42,746 nucleotides of DNA from Candidatus Rokuibacteriota bacterium (lineage in GTDB: Bacteria; Methylomirabilota; Methylomirabilia; Rokubacteriales; DASRDR01): positions 1-42,746 of the forward strand of contig JBIOTN010000090.1 of the NCBI GenBank assembly GCA_044866005.1. The letters run 5' to 3'. Below the pieces are notes generated by a model. It was not told the DNA's origin, ran no database searches, and was given only the letters and a program-made list of their open reading frames with translations. Shown here piece by piece: positions 26,320 through 36,586 of this stretch (position 1 is the stretch's first letter; every line of letters starts with the position of its first letter). The translations under genes and the position numbers were made by a program.

Positions 26320-27240
26320 ATGACCCAGGTCGCCGACGGCGCGCACGCCTTGAGCACGCTCTCCAACCAGTTCGCCGACGCCGTGGAGCGGGTCGGCCGG
26401 GCGATCGTCCAGGTGGACGGCCGGCCCCGGCGACCGTCGAGCGGCGTGCTGTACGCCCCCGAGCTCGTCCTCGTCGCCGACCACGCCGTCGAGCGCGACG
26501 AGGACCTCGCCGTCGAGACGGCGGACGGCCCGCCCCTGGCCGCGCACCTCGTGGGGCGGGACCCGGCGAGCGACCTCGCCGTGCTGCGGGTCCCGGGCCT
26601 GGGCGCCGAGCCCGCCGCGCCCGCCCCCACGCCGGCGCGCGTCGGGCATTTCGTCCTCGCCGTCGGACGTCCGGCCGGGCGCGAGCTGATGGCGAGCATC
26701 GGTGTCGTCAGCGCGGTCGGCGGACCGGTCCGGACGCGCCGCGGGACGCTCGAGCAGTACATCCAGACCGACGCGACCCCGTATCCCGGCTTCTCCGGCG
26801 GCGCGCTGGTCGACGCCCGCGGCGCGGTGCTCGGCATCCTGACGACCGGGCTGGCGGGCGGCGTGGCTCTCGCCGTGCCCGCGGCCGTGGCGTGGCGGCT
26901 GGCCGATCTCCTGGCTCGCCAGGGCTACGTCACGCGCGGCTGGCTCGGGATCGGCAGCCAGCCGGTCCGCATTCCGGCGGCGCAGCGCGCGGGCCGCGAG
27001 CGCGAGGCGGGCCTGCTGGTCGTGGAGGTCGCGCCCGACAGCCCGGCGGAGCGGGGCGGGTTCCTGGTCGGCGATATCCTGGTCGCGCTCGACGGCCAGG
27101 GCGTCGACGATGCCGAAGACCTGCAGGCGCTCCTGGTCGGCGAGCGGGTGGGCCGGACGGTGCCGGTCGAGGTCCTGCGCGGCGGCAGCCTCGCCACCCT
27201 CGCCGTCACCGTCGGCCAGCGCCCCGCGCGGCCCCGATGA
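26320..27240 (+). CDS. Trypsin-like (S1C/HtrA-like) serine protease with PDZ domain, no signal peptide
   Basis: RBS AGGAGGAGG; VADHAV, SDLAVL, YPGFSGGAL triad; RGWLGI...DSPAERGG..VGDIL PDZ. Confidence 0.9.
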   Translation: MTQVADGAHALSTLSNQFADAVERVGRAIVQVDGRPRRPSSGVLYAPELVLVADHAVERDEDLAVETADGPPLAAHLVGRDPASDLAVLRVPGLGAEPAAPAPTPARVGHFVLAVGRPAGRELMASIGVVSAVGGPVRTRRGTLEQYIQTDATPYPGFSGGALVDARGAVLGILTTGLAGGVALAVPAAVAWRLADLLARQGYVTRGWLGIGSQPVRIPAAQRAGREREAGLLVVEVAPDSPAERGGFLVGDILVALDGQGVDDAEDLQALLVGERVGRTVPVEVLRGGSLATLAVTVGQRPARPR

Positions 27241-27845
27241 GCACGGCCTTCCAGGCGCCGCCGGCCGGCGCCGTCGCGTGGCTGGGCCTTCCCGCCGAGC
27301 TGCTCGCGCGGGTGCGACCGAGCATCGTCCGCGTCCACGGCCGGGGACCGATCGGCGCGAGCGGCGTCGTCTGGCGTCCGGGCGCCGTCCTCACGAATCA
27401 CCACGTGATCGCGGGCGCGCACCCGGCGCTGCGTGTGATCTCGGCCGACGGCCACGTCCACCCGGCGCGCGTCCAGGCCTGGAGCCGCCGGCTCGACCTC
27501 GCGCTGCTGGAGGTCCCCGGCGGCGATCTCCTGCCGGCGCCGATCGGCCACTCGGGGCGTCTCCGCGTGGGCGAGCTGGTGTTCGCGGTCGGGCATCCCT
27601 GGGGCGCGCCGTGGGTGGTGACGGCCGGTGTGGTGAGCGCGCTCGGCGCCCTCCGCCTCCCCGGTCACGCGCGGCCGGCGGAGTACGTCCGTTCCGACGT
27701 CCGGCTCGCCCCGGGGAACTCGGGCGGCCCACTCCTGGACGCGCGCGGCGAGGTGGTCGGGCTGAACGCGATGGTCCTCGGTGGCGATCTGGCGGTCGCG
27801 ATCCCGAGCGACTCCGTGCGGCGCTGGCTCGGCGCTCTGCCATGA
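27237..27845 (+). CDS. Trypsin-like (S1C) serine protease, no PDZ domain
   Basis: ATGA overlap at 27237; LTNHHV, LDLALL, LAPGNSGGPLL. Confidence 0.9.
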   Translation: MSTAFQAPPAGAVAWLGLPAELLARVRPSIVRVHGRGPIGASGVVWRPGAVLTNHHVIAGAHPALRVISADGHVHPARVQAWSRRLDLALLEVPGGDLLPAPIGHSGRLRVGELVFAVGHPWGAPWVVTAGVVSALGALRLPGHARPAEYVRSDVRLAPGNSGGPLLDARGEVVGLNAMVLGGDLAVAIPSDSVRRWLGALP

Positions 27846-28465
27846 CGCGCGTCTTCGTGGTGGCCCCGACCGGCGCGCTGCGCCTCGGACTCCGCGCGCT
27901 CCTCGACGGGCCCGGGATCGAGGTGGTCGGCGAGGGGCCGGCGCCGGAGACGGCACCGGCGGACACCGACGTCCTCGTGATCGGCGACGAGGAGCTCCTG
28001 GTGACGGCGGGCGGGGCGATCGCCGAGGCCGGCTCGCGCGCCGTCGTGGCGCTCGCCGAGGATGACCGCCCGGCACGGATCCTGCGCGGGCTGCCCGTCC
28101 ATGGCTGGGCCATCGTCTCCCGCGAGGCGCCGGCGGCCGAGCTGCGCGCCGCGGTGACGGCCGCCGCGCAGGGGTTCACCGTTCTGCCCGCGGCGCTGGC
28201 CGCGCGGCTCATCCCCGCGCGCGTCGCGGGCTCCGGCGACAGGTTCGACGAGCCCGCCGAGCTCCTGGAGGCGCTCACGCCGCGCGAGCGCGAGGTCCTG
28301 GAGCTGCTCGGGCAAGGACTCTCGAACCGCCGGATCGCCGAGCGGCTCGGCATCAGCGAGCATACGGCGAAGTTCCACGTGGCCGCGGTCTGCGGGAAGC
28401 TCGGGGCCTCGAGCCGGACCGAAGCGGTGAGCCGCGGGGTGCGCCGCGGGCTGATCACGCTCTGA
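27842..28465 (+). CDS. LuxR/NarL-type regulator with degenerate receiver domain
   Basis: ATGA overlap at 27842; LTPREREVLELLGQGLSNRRIAERLGISEHTAKFHV; N-terminal RVFVVAPT lacks the acidic DD pair. Confidence 0.9.
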   Translation: MTRVFVVAPTGALRLGLRALLDGPGIEVVGEGPAPETAPADTDVLVIGDEELLVTAGGAIAEAGSRAVVALAEDDRPARILRGLPVHGWAIVSREAPAAELRAAVTAAAQGFTVLPAALAARLIPARVAGSGDRFDEPAELLEALTPREREVLELLGQGLSNRRIAERLGISEHTAKFHVAAVCGKLGASSRTEAVSRGVRRGLITL

Positions 28466-28501
28466 GGCCGTCTCGGGAGGCGATAATCCTGGACGCGGCC
28501 G

Positions 28502-28527
28502 CCGGCCCCCGCCACCGCGGGGGCCGG
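28502..28527. terminator. GC hairpin between convergent genes
   Basis: CCGGCCCCCGC-CACC-GCGGGGGCCGG, a perfect 11-bp stem; no U-tract. Confidence 0.45.
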
Positions 28528-28633
28528 GCGGGCGCGTCAGGGGCGCTTCCATCCGCTTGCCAGCCTGCTCGAGCTTCGCCGCATCCCACACCCCGCGACG
28601 CCGGACGGCCGATCGTCCGACTCCGGCCGTGCC

Positions 28634-29125
28634 TCAGCGGCGCGCGGCCTCCAGGCAGTAGTCGACGAAGTCGAGGTCGCCGGGCGAGGACCCCAGGTCG
28701 GTGAGCATCGCGGCGATCTCGCTTCGATGCTGCGTCCCGTGGTTGGCGCACTGGAGCATCGCCTGCCAGCGCGGGATCATCACCGTTCCCCGTTCGCGGA
28801 CCCACCGGATCGGCTCGCGCAGCGCGGCCTCGGCGAGCGAGGCGAGGTAGGCGCGGCGAACCGGGTAGAGCTCCTCCCACCGCCGGCGGACCTCGTCCAG
28901 CGTCGGAAAGTCGGCCGGCGACAGCGTCGGCGGCGTCTCGCCGCGCCAGCGCGCAAACCAGCGCACGTCCGCGCCCACCAGGTGTCCAAACGTCGGGAGG
29001 ATCGGGTCGGCGCCCTTGGTGAGCTTCTGGCCGAGCTGCGCGGCGCTCAGGTTCGCCGCCTTCCCCAGCAGGCGGTCGTTCGCCCACCCCTCGTATTCGT
29101 AGAGCGCTGCGATCATCTCCTTCAT
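28634..29125 (-). CDS. DinB family protein
   Basis: YEGWANDRLL, TFGHLVGAD..W, NHGTQHRSEIAAML..LG; RBS GAGGAG. Confidence 0.92.
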   Translation of the reverse strand: MKEMIAALYEYEGWANDRLLGKAANLSAAQLGQKLTKGADPILPTFGHLVGADVRWFARWRGETPPTLSPADFPTLDEVRRRWEELYPVRRAYLASLAEAALREPIRWVRERGTVMIPRWQAMLQCANHGTQHRSEIAAMLTDLGSSPGDLDFVDYCLEAARR

Positions 29126-29206
29126 GATGTCTCCTCGGATCGCGGGGAGAGACGCCGAGCCCGGCTCGCGCCCGTCCCGCTCAGGGCGGGGACGCCCAGG
29201 TCATCG

Positions 29207-29506
29207 TCAGGCAGCGATCTGGGCCGGCAGGCACTCGAGCGAGAGACAGCCCAGGGGCGCCATGCGGAAGTAGCGAAGCCGGATCGTGAGCCCGGGGGGC
29301 GCGGCCGCTTCGATGCGCCGTGCGAGCGTGGCCGTGCACGCGTCGGTCCACACGGCGTAGTCTTCCCCCACCAGGTAGAAGAGGCGGTCCTGGGTAAAAC
29401 CGCCGCTCGCGGCCTGCAGGAGGCCATAGAGCTTGGTCAGGAGCGCCTCCTGCTTCGGCCCGAGCGCCTGCTCGCGGGCCGGTGGCACACGCCGGAACAG
29501 CATCAT
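29207..29506 (-). CDS. Small hypothetical protein (99 aa)
   Basis: Strong RBS AGGAGGAG before ATG 29506; MMLFRRVPPAREQALGPKQEALLTKLYGLLQ... has globular composition. Confidence 0.6.
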   Translation of the reverse strand: MMLFRRVPPAREQALGPKQEALLTKLYGLLQAASGGFTQDRLFYLVGEDYAVWTDACTATLARRIEAAAPPGLTIRLRYFRMAPLGCLSLECLPAQIAA

Positions 29507-29808
29507 CGTGACTCCTCCTGCAGGCCCACGTCGTGTCCCGGTGTTGCAAACGGTGCGCCGATGCGGAGGCGGGGCCACCCTCGTCCTCCATCCGGCCCGG
29601 CGTGCAGGACGTGTACCAGCCGGGACGCTGGGGCTCTGGCTGCGGCCTGGCGAGCCGGTGGTCGGCCTCTTGCGGGCGCGCGGCGTGGTGTGGGACCATC
29701 CTGGCGAGCCGCCGCCCGGCGGCTCGCGCGACCCCCGTCGGCCGGCGCCCGCCGGCCGGCGCCCCCGGGGAAGCGTCCCGAGCAATCGCCGAGGGCAGGA
29801 GGGAAACC

Positions 29809-30918
29809 ATGGGGACGGCTGACGACGCTCGCCCGCTTCGCGTGACCCGCCGACGCTTCCTCGCGGGAGCGGCGGTCGGGCTGACCGCGCCCTGGGTCCG
29901 CCGCGCCGCGGCCGCCGAGGAGCCGGTCCTCGTCGTCGGCGTCCACGGCGGGATCTACGAGGATGTCCAGCGCAAGGTCTTCTTCGAGCCCTTCACGCGG
30001 GAGACCGGCATCAGGATCGTCGGCGTCCCGTTCCCGAACATCGCCAAGGTCAAGGCGATGGTCGAGACGAACACGGTCGACATCGACCTGGTCGAGCTCG
30101 ACGGCAAAGATCTGCAGATCCTCGGCCGCCGCGGACTCCTCGAGAAGCTCGACTACGGCCTGATCCCGCAGGAGACGCTCGACGGGCTGGCGAGGATCGC
30201 GCTCCACCCGAACGGCATCGGCATGTTCGTGTGGCCGACGGGGATCGCCTACAACACGAAGAAGTACACGGCGCAGCACCACCCGCGGACCTGGGCCGAG
30301 TTCTGGGACGCCAGGAAGTTCCCCGGCGCGCGGACCCTCCCCACGGCGTCCTACCTGGTCGGCCCGCTGGAGATGGCGCTGCTGGCGGACGGGGGGGACC
30401 CGGCCCGGCTCTACCCGCTCGACGTGGAGCGCGCCTTCAAGAGCCTGGAGCGCGTCCGCCCGCACGTCTCCAAGTTCTACAAGGGGAGCGCCGAGTCGGC
30501 CCAGATCCTGGCCGACGGGCACGCCGATCTCGGGGGGAACACGTTCGGTCGCCTGATCGCCATGAAGGCCCAGGGCGCGCCGGTCGACGTCGAGTACAAC
30601 CAGTCCCTCGCCAAGATCGACTACTGGATGGTGCCGAAGGGGGCGAAGCACCGGCAGAACGCCATGCGCTTCATCGCCTTCTATCACGACCCCAAGCGGC
30701 TGGGCGACTACGCCAACGCGTACCCGGTCTTCGGGCCGATCAACCGGAAGTCGATCCCGCACATCGAGCCCAGGGTGCTGGAGAACCTGGCGACCTCACC
30801 GAAGCACGCCGCGGGGCTCATCTACATCAACGAGGAGTGGTGGTCGGCCGAGGATGCGAGCGGCAAGAGCAACTTCGAGAGGGTGCTCGATCGCTGGAAC
30901 GAGTGGATCGCGACGTGA
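29809..30918 (+). CDS. Polyamine/amine-type (PotD/PotF-like) ABC substrate-binding protein, TAT signal
   Basis: RBS AGGAGG + ATG 29809; VTRRRFL; FFEPFTRETGI, TWAEFWD..KFPG.R, LEMALLADG, YWMVPKGAK. Confidence 0.9.
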   Translation: MGTADDARPLRVTRRRFLAGAAVGLTAPWVRRAAAAEEPVLVVGVHGGIYEDVQRKVFFEPFTRETGIRIVGVPFPNIAKVKAMVETNTVDIDLVELDGKDLQILGRRGLLEKLDYGLIPQETLDGLARIALHPNGIGMFVWPTGIAYNTKKYTAQHHPRTWAEFWDARKFPGARTLPTASYLVGPLEMALLADGGDPARLYPLDVERAFKSLERVRPHVSKFYKGSAESAQILADGHADLGGNTFGRLIAMKAQGAPVDVEYNQSLAKIDYWMVPKGAKHRQNAMRFIAFYHDPKRLGDYANAYPVFGPINRKSIPHIEPRVLENLATSPKHAAGLIYINEEWWSAEDASGKSNFERVLDRWNEWIAT

Positions 30919-31008
30919 GTCGGAGGAGCCGGGGTCCCGCCCTCTGACGCGAGGGGATCGCTGACCGGCGACTCCGCCGATCCCGGTGGCGCCGCGGCCG
31001 CGTACGGG

Positions 31009-32868
31009 ATGGCGCCGCCGGCCGTCACCGCCGCGCGGGCCCGGCGGAGGCGCGCGCGCTGGTCGGTCGCGGGCCTGCTCGTCGTGCCGCTGGGCTTCAT
31101 CACCGCGCTCTACCTCTATCCGCTCTCCCAGCTCCTGGCCCAGGGCGTCTGGGAGAACGGCGCCGTGACCCTCACGTATGTCCGGCAGGTCGTGGGCGCG
31201 CCGGCCTACCTCCGGATCCTTGCCCGGACGCTCCAGATGGCGTTCGTCACGAGCCTGCTCTGCCTCGCCCTCGGCTACCCGCTGGCCTACCTGATGGCGT
31301 CCGTGAGGCCGCGTACGCGCAACGTCGTGGTCGCGCTCGTGATCCTGCCGTTCTGGACGAGCTCGCTGGTCCGCGCCTACGCGTGGATCGCGCTCCTCGG
31401 CCGAGGCGGGATGGTCAACACGACGCTGATGGCCGCGGGCGTGGTCGCGGCGCCGGTGCCGCTCGTCTTCAACTCGTTCGGGCTCTACGTGGGCACCGTG
31501 CACATCATGCTGCCTTACATGGTCTTGAGCCTGTACAGCGGGATGCAGGGGATCGATCGCGATCTCGTGCGCGCCGCACAGACGCTCGGCGCGAGCCCGG
31601 CGCGGGCGTTCGTGCGCGTCTTCCTGCCGTTGAGCCTGCCCGGCGTGGCCGCCGGCCTCCTGCTCGTGTTCGTGCTCACGCTCGGGTTCTTCATCACGCC
31701 GGCGATCCTCGGGGGGCTGCGGGACGAGACGGTCGTGATGCTGATCGAGAAGCTCATGAACGAGCTGATGAACTGGCGTCGCGCGGCGGCGCTCGCGACC
31801 CTCCTGCTCCTGGTCACGCTCTGCCTCTATTACCTCTTCGCGCGGTTCTTCGGCTTCGCGGCGCTGGGGAGCGCCGGCGCGGACGCGACCGGGTCCGCGG
31901 TCGCGCGGGGCGTCGGGCGGCTGCTCGACCTGGTGGACGACGCGCTCGGCCCCCTGCGGCGCACCGTGGCTCTCGCGGCCTCGGTGTGGTGGCCGGCGGC
32001 GGCCCCGGCGCGGCGGGCGCGTGCGTCGCGCCTCCTCGCCGGGTTCTCGCGCGGGGCGGTCCGGGCGGGCGCGTGGGCGATCCTCGTCGCGATGATCGTG
32101 CCGATCGCCGTCATCGTGCTGCTCGCCTTCAACGCCTCCTACAACCTCGAGTTCCCGCCGCGCGCCTTCTCGCTGCAGTGGTTCCAGAAATATTTCTCGC
32201 GCCCCGAGTGGGTGACCGCGACGCTCACGAGCTTTTCCGTGGCCGCCGTCGTGTCCATCGCGGCCACGGGCCTGGCGATCCTCGTCGCGCTCGCGCTGGT
32301 CCGGATGCGCTTCCAGGCCCAGACGGCGCTCTTCGGCCTGGTCCTGTCGCCGATGATCGTGCCGACGATGGTGTACGCGGTGGCGGTCTACTTCCTCTTC
32401 GCCCGGGTGGGCCTGGTCGGGACCCGCACCGGCCTCGCGCTGGCCCACACGGTGCTGGCGCTCTCGCCGGCCGTGGTCGTGATCTTCGCGGCGCTGCAGA
32501 ACTTCGACCGGGCGCTGGAGCGCGCGGGGGCCGCGCTCGGGGCCGGCCCCTGGCGTCGCTTCCGCCACATCACCTTCCCGTTGATCCGGCCCGGGATCCT
32601 GGCGGCCGCGCTCCTCGCGTTCCTGACCTCGTTCGACGAGGTCGTGGTGGCGATCTTCCTGAGCGGCGCGGGCGCGGTCACGCTGCCCAAGAAGATGTAC
32701 GAGAGCGTGCGCTTCGATACCGATCCCACCATCACCGCGGCCTCGGCCGTCCTGGTCGGCCTGACGGTCGTGGTCCTGGCCCTCTGCGAGGCGGTGCGAC
32801 GGCACTCCGGCGCGGGGGCGATCGGGCGGGCCGCGCGCCGGGCGCCCGGGGACGCCCCGGGGCGATGA
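31009..32868 (+). CDS. Fused PotB+PotC-like ABC transporter permease
   Basis: Two EAA loops (LVRAAQTLGASP; LERAGAALGAGP), LPFWTSSLVRAYAW and AFLTSFDEVVV in one 619-aa frame. Confidence 0.92.
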   Translation: MAPPAVTAARARRRRARWSVAGLLVVPLGFITALYLYPLSQLLAQGVWENGAVTLTYVRQVVGAPAYLRILARTLQMAFVTSLLCLALGYPLAYLMASVRPRTRNVVVALVILPFWTSSLVRAYAWIALLGRGGMVNTTLMAAGVVAAPVPLVFNSFGLYVGTVHIMLPYMVLSLYSGMQGIDRDLVRAAQTLGASPARAFVRVFLPLSLPGVAAGLLLVFVLTLGFFITPAILGGLRDETVVMLIEKLMNELMNWRRAAALATLLLLVTLCLYYLFARFFGFAALGSAGADATGSAVARGVGRLLDLVDDALGPLRRTVALAASVWWPAAAPARRARASRLLAGFSRGAVRAGAWAILVAMIVPIAVIVLLAFNASYNLEFPPRAFSLQWFQKYFSRPEWVTATLTSFSVAAVVSIAATGLAILVALALVRMRFQAQTALFGLVLSPMIVPTMVYAVAVYFLFARVGLVGTRTGLALAHTVLALSPAVVVIFAALQNFDRALERAGAALGAGPWRRFRHITFPLIRPGILAAALLAFLTSFDEVVVAIFLSGAGAVTLPKKMYESVRFDTDPTITAASAVLVGLTVVVLALCEAVRRHSGAGAIGRAARRAPGDAPGR

Positions 32869-33995
32869 GCGGCGGCGCCGCCCGGCGCGAGACGGCGCGA
32901 CCGGTCCGGCTGTCGCCGCTCGGGCACGCCGACATTCCCGGCGGCGGCCAGGTCGTCGTGGAGGGCGACCTCGCCTTCGTCGGGCACATCGAGCCCCCGC
33001 ACGGGACCTCCATCCTCGACGTCTCGGACCCGCGAGCGCCCCGGCTCCTCGCGCGACTCGAGGTCCCGCCGCACACGCACTCCCACAAGGTCCGGGCGCG
33101 GGACGGGGTCATGCTGGTCAACCACGAGGGGCACCCCTTCGGCGCCCGTCCGGCCGGCTTCCAGGGCGGCCTCCGGATCTACGACGTCACGCGGCCCGCG
33201 GCGCCGCGCGCGATCGCCGTCTACCGGACGGCCGGCACCGGCGCGCATCGGTTCGACTTCGACGGGCGTTACGTCTACCTGTCGGCCGAAGTGGACGGCT
33301 ACGTCGGGAACATCACGCTGGTCCTCGACCTCGCCGATCCGGCGCACCCGCGGGAGGTCTCGCGCTGGTGGCTGCCGGGCCAGTGGACGGCCGGCGGCGA
33401 GTCACCGGCGTGGACGGGACGCGCGCACCGCACGCACCATCCGCTGCGGTTCGACGACCGGCTGTACGTGAGCTGCTGGGAGGCGGGGCTCGCCGTCGTG
33501 GACATCGCCGCGATCGAGGCGCCGAAGACGCTCCTCCGGATGGACTCCCCCGAGGGCTACCCGACGCACACGGTGCTGCCGCTGCCGCGCCCGGCCGCAC
33601 CCGGGGCGTTCCTCCTGGCGGTCGACGAGGGATGGAACGACGATGGAGACGCGCTGCCGGCCGGCCTGTGGGTCGCGGACGTGACCGGTCCCGCGGCGCC
33701 GACGCTCGTCGCGCGGTACAAGCGACCGCCGCCGCGCGCCGCCTCCGGGTTCTGGGGCGCGCACCAGCCGCACGAGCGGATCATCGACGGCCTCGCCTTC
33801 GTGGCGTGGTTCCAGAACGGCCTGCGCGTCGTGGACGTGTCGGACCCGCGCACGCCTCTCGAGGTCGGCGCCTTCGTCCCCCCCGAGCGCGCCGGCCGGG
33901 CGCCGCTGTCGAACGACGTGTTCGTGGACGCGCGGCGGCGCGTCTACCTGGCCGACCGGAACGCGGGCCTGGACATCCTGGAGTGGTCCCGATGA
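32865..33995 (+). CDS. LVIVD-repeat beta-propeller protein, His-rich
   Basis: ATGA overlap at 32865; repeats TSILDVSDP, LRIYDVTRP, LVLDLADP, LAVVDIA, LRVVDVSDP; His motifs HSHK, GAHR, THHP, THT, GAHQ. Confidence 0.85.
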   Translation: MSGGAARRETARPVRLSPLGHADIPGGGQVVVEGDLAFVGHIEPPHGTSILDVSDPRAPRLLARLEVPPHTHSHKVRARDGVMLVNHEGHPFGARPAGFQGGLRIYDVTRPAAPRAIAVYRTAGTGAHRFDFDGRYVYLSAEVDGYVGNITLVLDLADPAHPREVSRWWLPGQWTAGGESPAWTGRAHRTHHPLRFDDRLYVSCWEAGLAVVDIAAIEAPKTLLRMDSPEGYPTHTVLPLPRPAAPGAFLLAVDEGWNDDGDALPAGLWVADVTGPAAPTLVARYKRPPPRAASGFWGAHQPHERIIDGLAFVAWFQNGLRVVDVSDPRTPLEVGAFVPPERAGRAPLSNDVFVDARRRVYLADRNAGLDILEWSR

Positions 33996-34086
33996 GCGGT
34001 TCCGGCCCGATGCCCGTCGCATCCCGGCCTCCTCGGGCCGGCGGCGTGCCACCCAGGCGGCGACGTCCGTCACGGAGGGGAGACGC

Positions 34087-35208
34087 GTGAGCGTCGCGGC
34101 GGCGCTCGGGATCGGCGCGGCGCGCGCCGGATCGCTCGAGCTCCGCGGTCTCCGCAAGACGTTCGGCAAGGTGGTCGCCGTCGAGGAGCTCTCGCTCACC
34201 GTCGCGGCCGGCGAGTTCCTCACCCTGCTCGGCCCGAGCGGCTCGGGCAAGACCACGACCCTCATGATGGTGGCGGGGTTCGAGGCCCCGGACGGCGGGC
34301 GCATCCTCCTGGACGGCCGCGACATCACCGACGCCCCGACGCACCGGCGCGCGATCGGCGTCGCCTTCCAGCACTACGCGCTCTTCCCGCACATGACGGT
34401 GTTCGACAACGTCGCCTTCGCCCTGAAGATGCGCGACGTGCCGCGCCGCGAGATCGCCCGGCGGGCGGGGGCGGCGCTCGAGCTCGTCCGGCTCGCGGGA
34501 TTCGAGGAGCGCTACCCGCGCCAGCTCTCGGGCGGCCAGCAGCAGCGCGTCGCCCTCGCGCGGGCCCTCGTGTTCGAGCCGGCGCTCCTGCTCCTCGACG
34601 AGCCGCTCGGGGCGCTCGATCGCCTGTTGCGCGAGCGCATGCAGCTCGAGCTCCGCCGCATGCACGGCCATCTGGGGACCACCATGATCTACGTCACCCA
34701 CGACCAGGAGGAGGCGCTGGTGCTCTCCGACCGGGTCGCCGTGATGAACGAGGGCCGGATCGAGCAGATCGGCCCGCCCCAGGAGATCTACGAGCGCCCG
34801 CGGACCCGGTTCGTCGCCGAATTCATCGGCGAGTCGAACTTCCTGCGCGGCGAGGTGACGGCGGTCGAGGACGGCATCGCTACCTGTCGCGTCGGTCGCC
34901 ACGGCGTGCAGGCCGCCGTCGCCCCGGGGATCGGCCCCGGGCGGCAGGTCGAGCTGGCGATCCGACCCGAGAAGATCGCGGTGACCCGCCCCGAGTCGGG
35001 GGCCGCGGGCGTGTCCGGCGTCGTCGAGGATCGCATCTTCGTCGGTCAGACGCTCAAGCTGATCGTGCGGGTGGAGGCCGTCGGGCACCTCGTCGTGCGG
35101 CGGCAGACCGGGTCGGGAAGCGCCTGGCCGCGGACGGGGGACCCGGTGGACCTCCGCTGGGCGGCCGACGACATGCGGGTTTTCCCCGCGGCCGGCCCGT
35201 CCGACTGA
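34087..35208 (+). CDS. PotA-like ABC transporter ATP-binding protein with TOBE domain
   Basis: RBS GGAG + [59 protein letters not shown]. Confidence 0.94.
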   Translation: MSVAAALGIGAARAGSLELRGLRKTFGKVVAVEELSLTVAAGEFLTLLGPSGSGKTTTLMMVAGFEAPDGGRILLDGRDITDAPTHRRAIGVAFQHYALFPHMTVFDNVAFALKMRDVPRREIARRAGAALELVRLAGFEERYPRQLSGGQQQRVALARALVFEPALLLLDEPLGALDRLLRERMQLELRRMHGHLGTTMIYVTHDQEEALVLSDRVAVMNEGRIEQIGPPQEIYERPRTRFVAEFIGESNFLRGEVTAVEDGIATCRVGRHGVQAAVAPGIGPGRQVELAIRPEKIAVTRPESGAAGVSGVVEDRIFVGQTLKLIVRVEAVGHLVVRRQTGSGSAWPRTGDPVDLRWAADDMRVFPAAGPSD

Positions 35209-35233
35209 CGGCCGGGCACCAGCGGGCCGTGGA

Positions 35234-35242
35234 TGGTAGAAT
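35234..35242 (+). promoter_or_regulatory. Extended -10 promoter TGgTAGAAT for the Rieske oxygenase operon
   Basis: Near-consensus TGnTAnAAT about 30 nt upstream of ATG 35272. Confidence 0.55.
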
Positions 35243-35271
35243 CGGCGCGCGCCACAGGGGGGCAGGGCACG

Positions 35272-36561
35272 ATGGGCCGTCCCGGATCCGAGACGCGTTA
35301 CGCCCGCGTTCCGCGGGCCCTCACCCGCGAGGACTACACCCGCGAGGAGACGTACCGCGCGACCCGGCCTCCCGTCGAGTGGGCGACGACGCTGATCCCC
35401 GACGCCTACCGCTCGCTCGACTTCTTCGGGCTGGAGCAGGAACGGGTCTTCGGGAAGGCATGGGTGTGCGTGGGCTACGCCGCCCAGGTCCGCGAGCCGG
35501 GCCAGACGTTCGTCGCGTCGGTGGGGGGCGAGCCGCTCTTCGTGACCCGCGACAAGGCGGGTCAGCTCCGCGCGTTCTACAACGTCTGCCGCCATCGCGG
35601 CTCCCGGCTCGTCGAGCAGGACGGCCCGCGCGACGTCATTCGCTGCCCCTACCACGCCTGGGGCTACGCCCTGGACGGCCGCTGTCTGGGCACGCCGTAC
35701 TTCACAGGGCTCGACGTGTCGGAAGAGGCCCGCGCGGCGTTCGACACGAGCGACGCCAAGGAGTTCCGCAAGGAAGACTATGCCCTGCTGCAACTCCGCG
35801 TCGACAGCTGGGGCTGCTTCGTCTTCGTGAACCTGGACCCCGATGCCCTGCCGCTCGGGGACTGGCTGGGCGATCTACCGGAGCGGTTCCGGCGCTTTCC
35901 GCTGGAGGAGCTCCAGCTCGTCGGGCGGAGACACTACGAGATCCGCGCCAACTGGAAGCTCATCGCCGAGAACTTCATGGAGTATTACCACCTCCCCTGG
36001 GTGCACCCCGAGCTCTGCAGGGTCTCGGGCTTCAAGGACCACTACCGGTTCCAGGGGCCGGGGATGTACACGGGCATGGTGACCTCCCCGCTGACCTGGG
36101 ATCCGTCGACGGTGGACCTGGACCTGCCGCCGATGCCGGGCCTGGACGCGTCGGAGCGGCAGACCGCCTACTGGATGATGGTCTTTCCGAACCTCGCCCT
36201 GTTCCTCCTGCCGAACCATCTCTTCACGCTGGTCCTCCAGCCCGCGGGTCCCGGGCTGACCGTGGAGCGCGCGGACATCCTCGCGCATCCCGATCTCCTC
36301 GCCGCCCCCGGCGGGGAGCCGAAGGTCCGGGCGATCCACGACTTCTGGGCGATGGTCAACGACCAGGACATCCGGGCCGTCGAGCGGGTCCAGCAAGGGA
36401 TCCAGGCGAACGCGTATCCCGGCGGCCGCATGTGCTTCCGGTTCGAGGAGCCGGTCCATCGGTTCCAGAACGTGGTGATCGACCTGATGACCGGGCAGCT
36501 CCGCATCCCGCCCGGCGACCGGGAAGACAAGCTGCCGGTCTCCGCCGTCGCGAGGCGATAG
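35272..36561 (+). CDS. Rieske non-heme iron oxygenase alpha subunit (choline monooxygenase/CntA/GbcA-like group)
   Basis: Rieske NVCRHRG...CPYHAW; mononuclear Fe NWK..AENFMEYYHLPWVH ... QD...VERVQ.G. Confidence 0.92.
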   Translation: MGRPGSETRYARVPRALTREDYTREETYRATRPPVEWATTLIPDAYRSLDFFGLEQERVFGKAWVCVGYAAQVREPGQTFVASVGGEPLFVTRDKAGQLRAFYNVCRHRGSRLVEQDGPRDVIRCPYHAWGYALDGRCLGTPYFTGLDVSEEARAAFDTSDAKEFRKEDYALLQLRVDSWGCFVFVNLDPDALPLGDWLGDLPERFRRFPLEELQLVGRRHYEIRANWKLIAENFMEYYHLPWVHPELCRVSGFKDHYRFQGPGMYTGMVTSPLTWDPSTVDLDLPPMPGLDASERQTAYWMMVFPNLALFLLPNHLFTLVLQPAGPGLTVERADILAHPDLLAAPGGEPKVRAIHDFWAMVNDQDIRAVERVQQGIQANAYPGGRMCFRFEEPVHRFQNVVIDLMTGQLRIPPGDREDKLPVSAVARR

Positions 36562-36586
36562 CGCCGGCGCGGGCCGACCCACCGCC

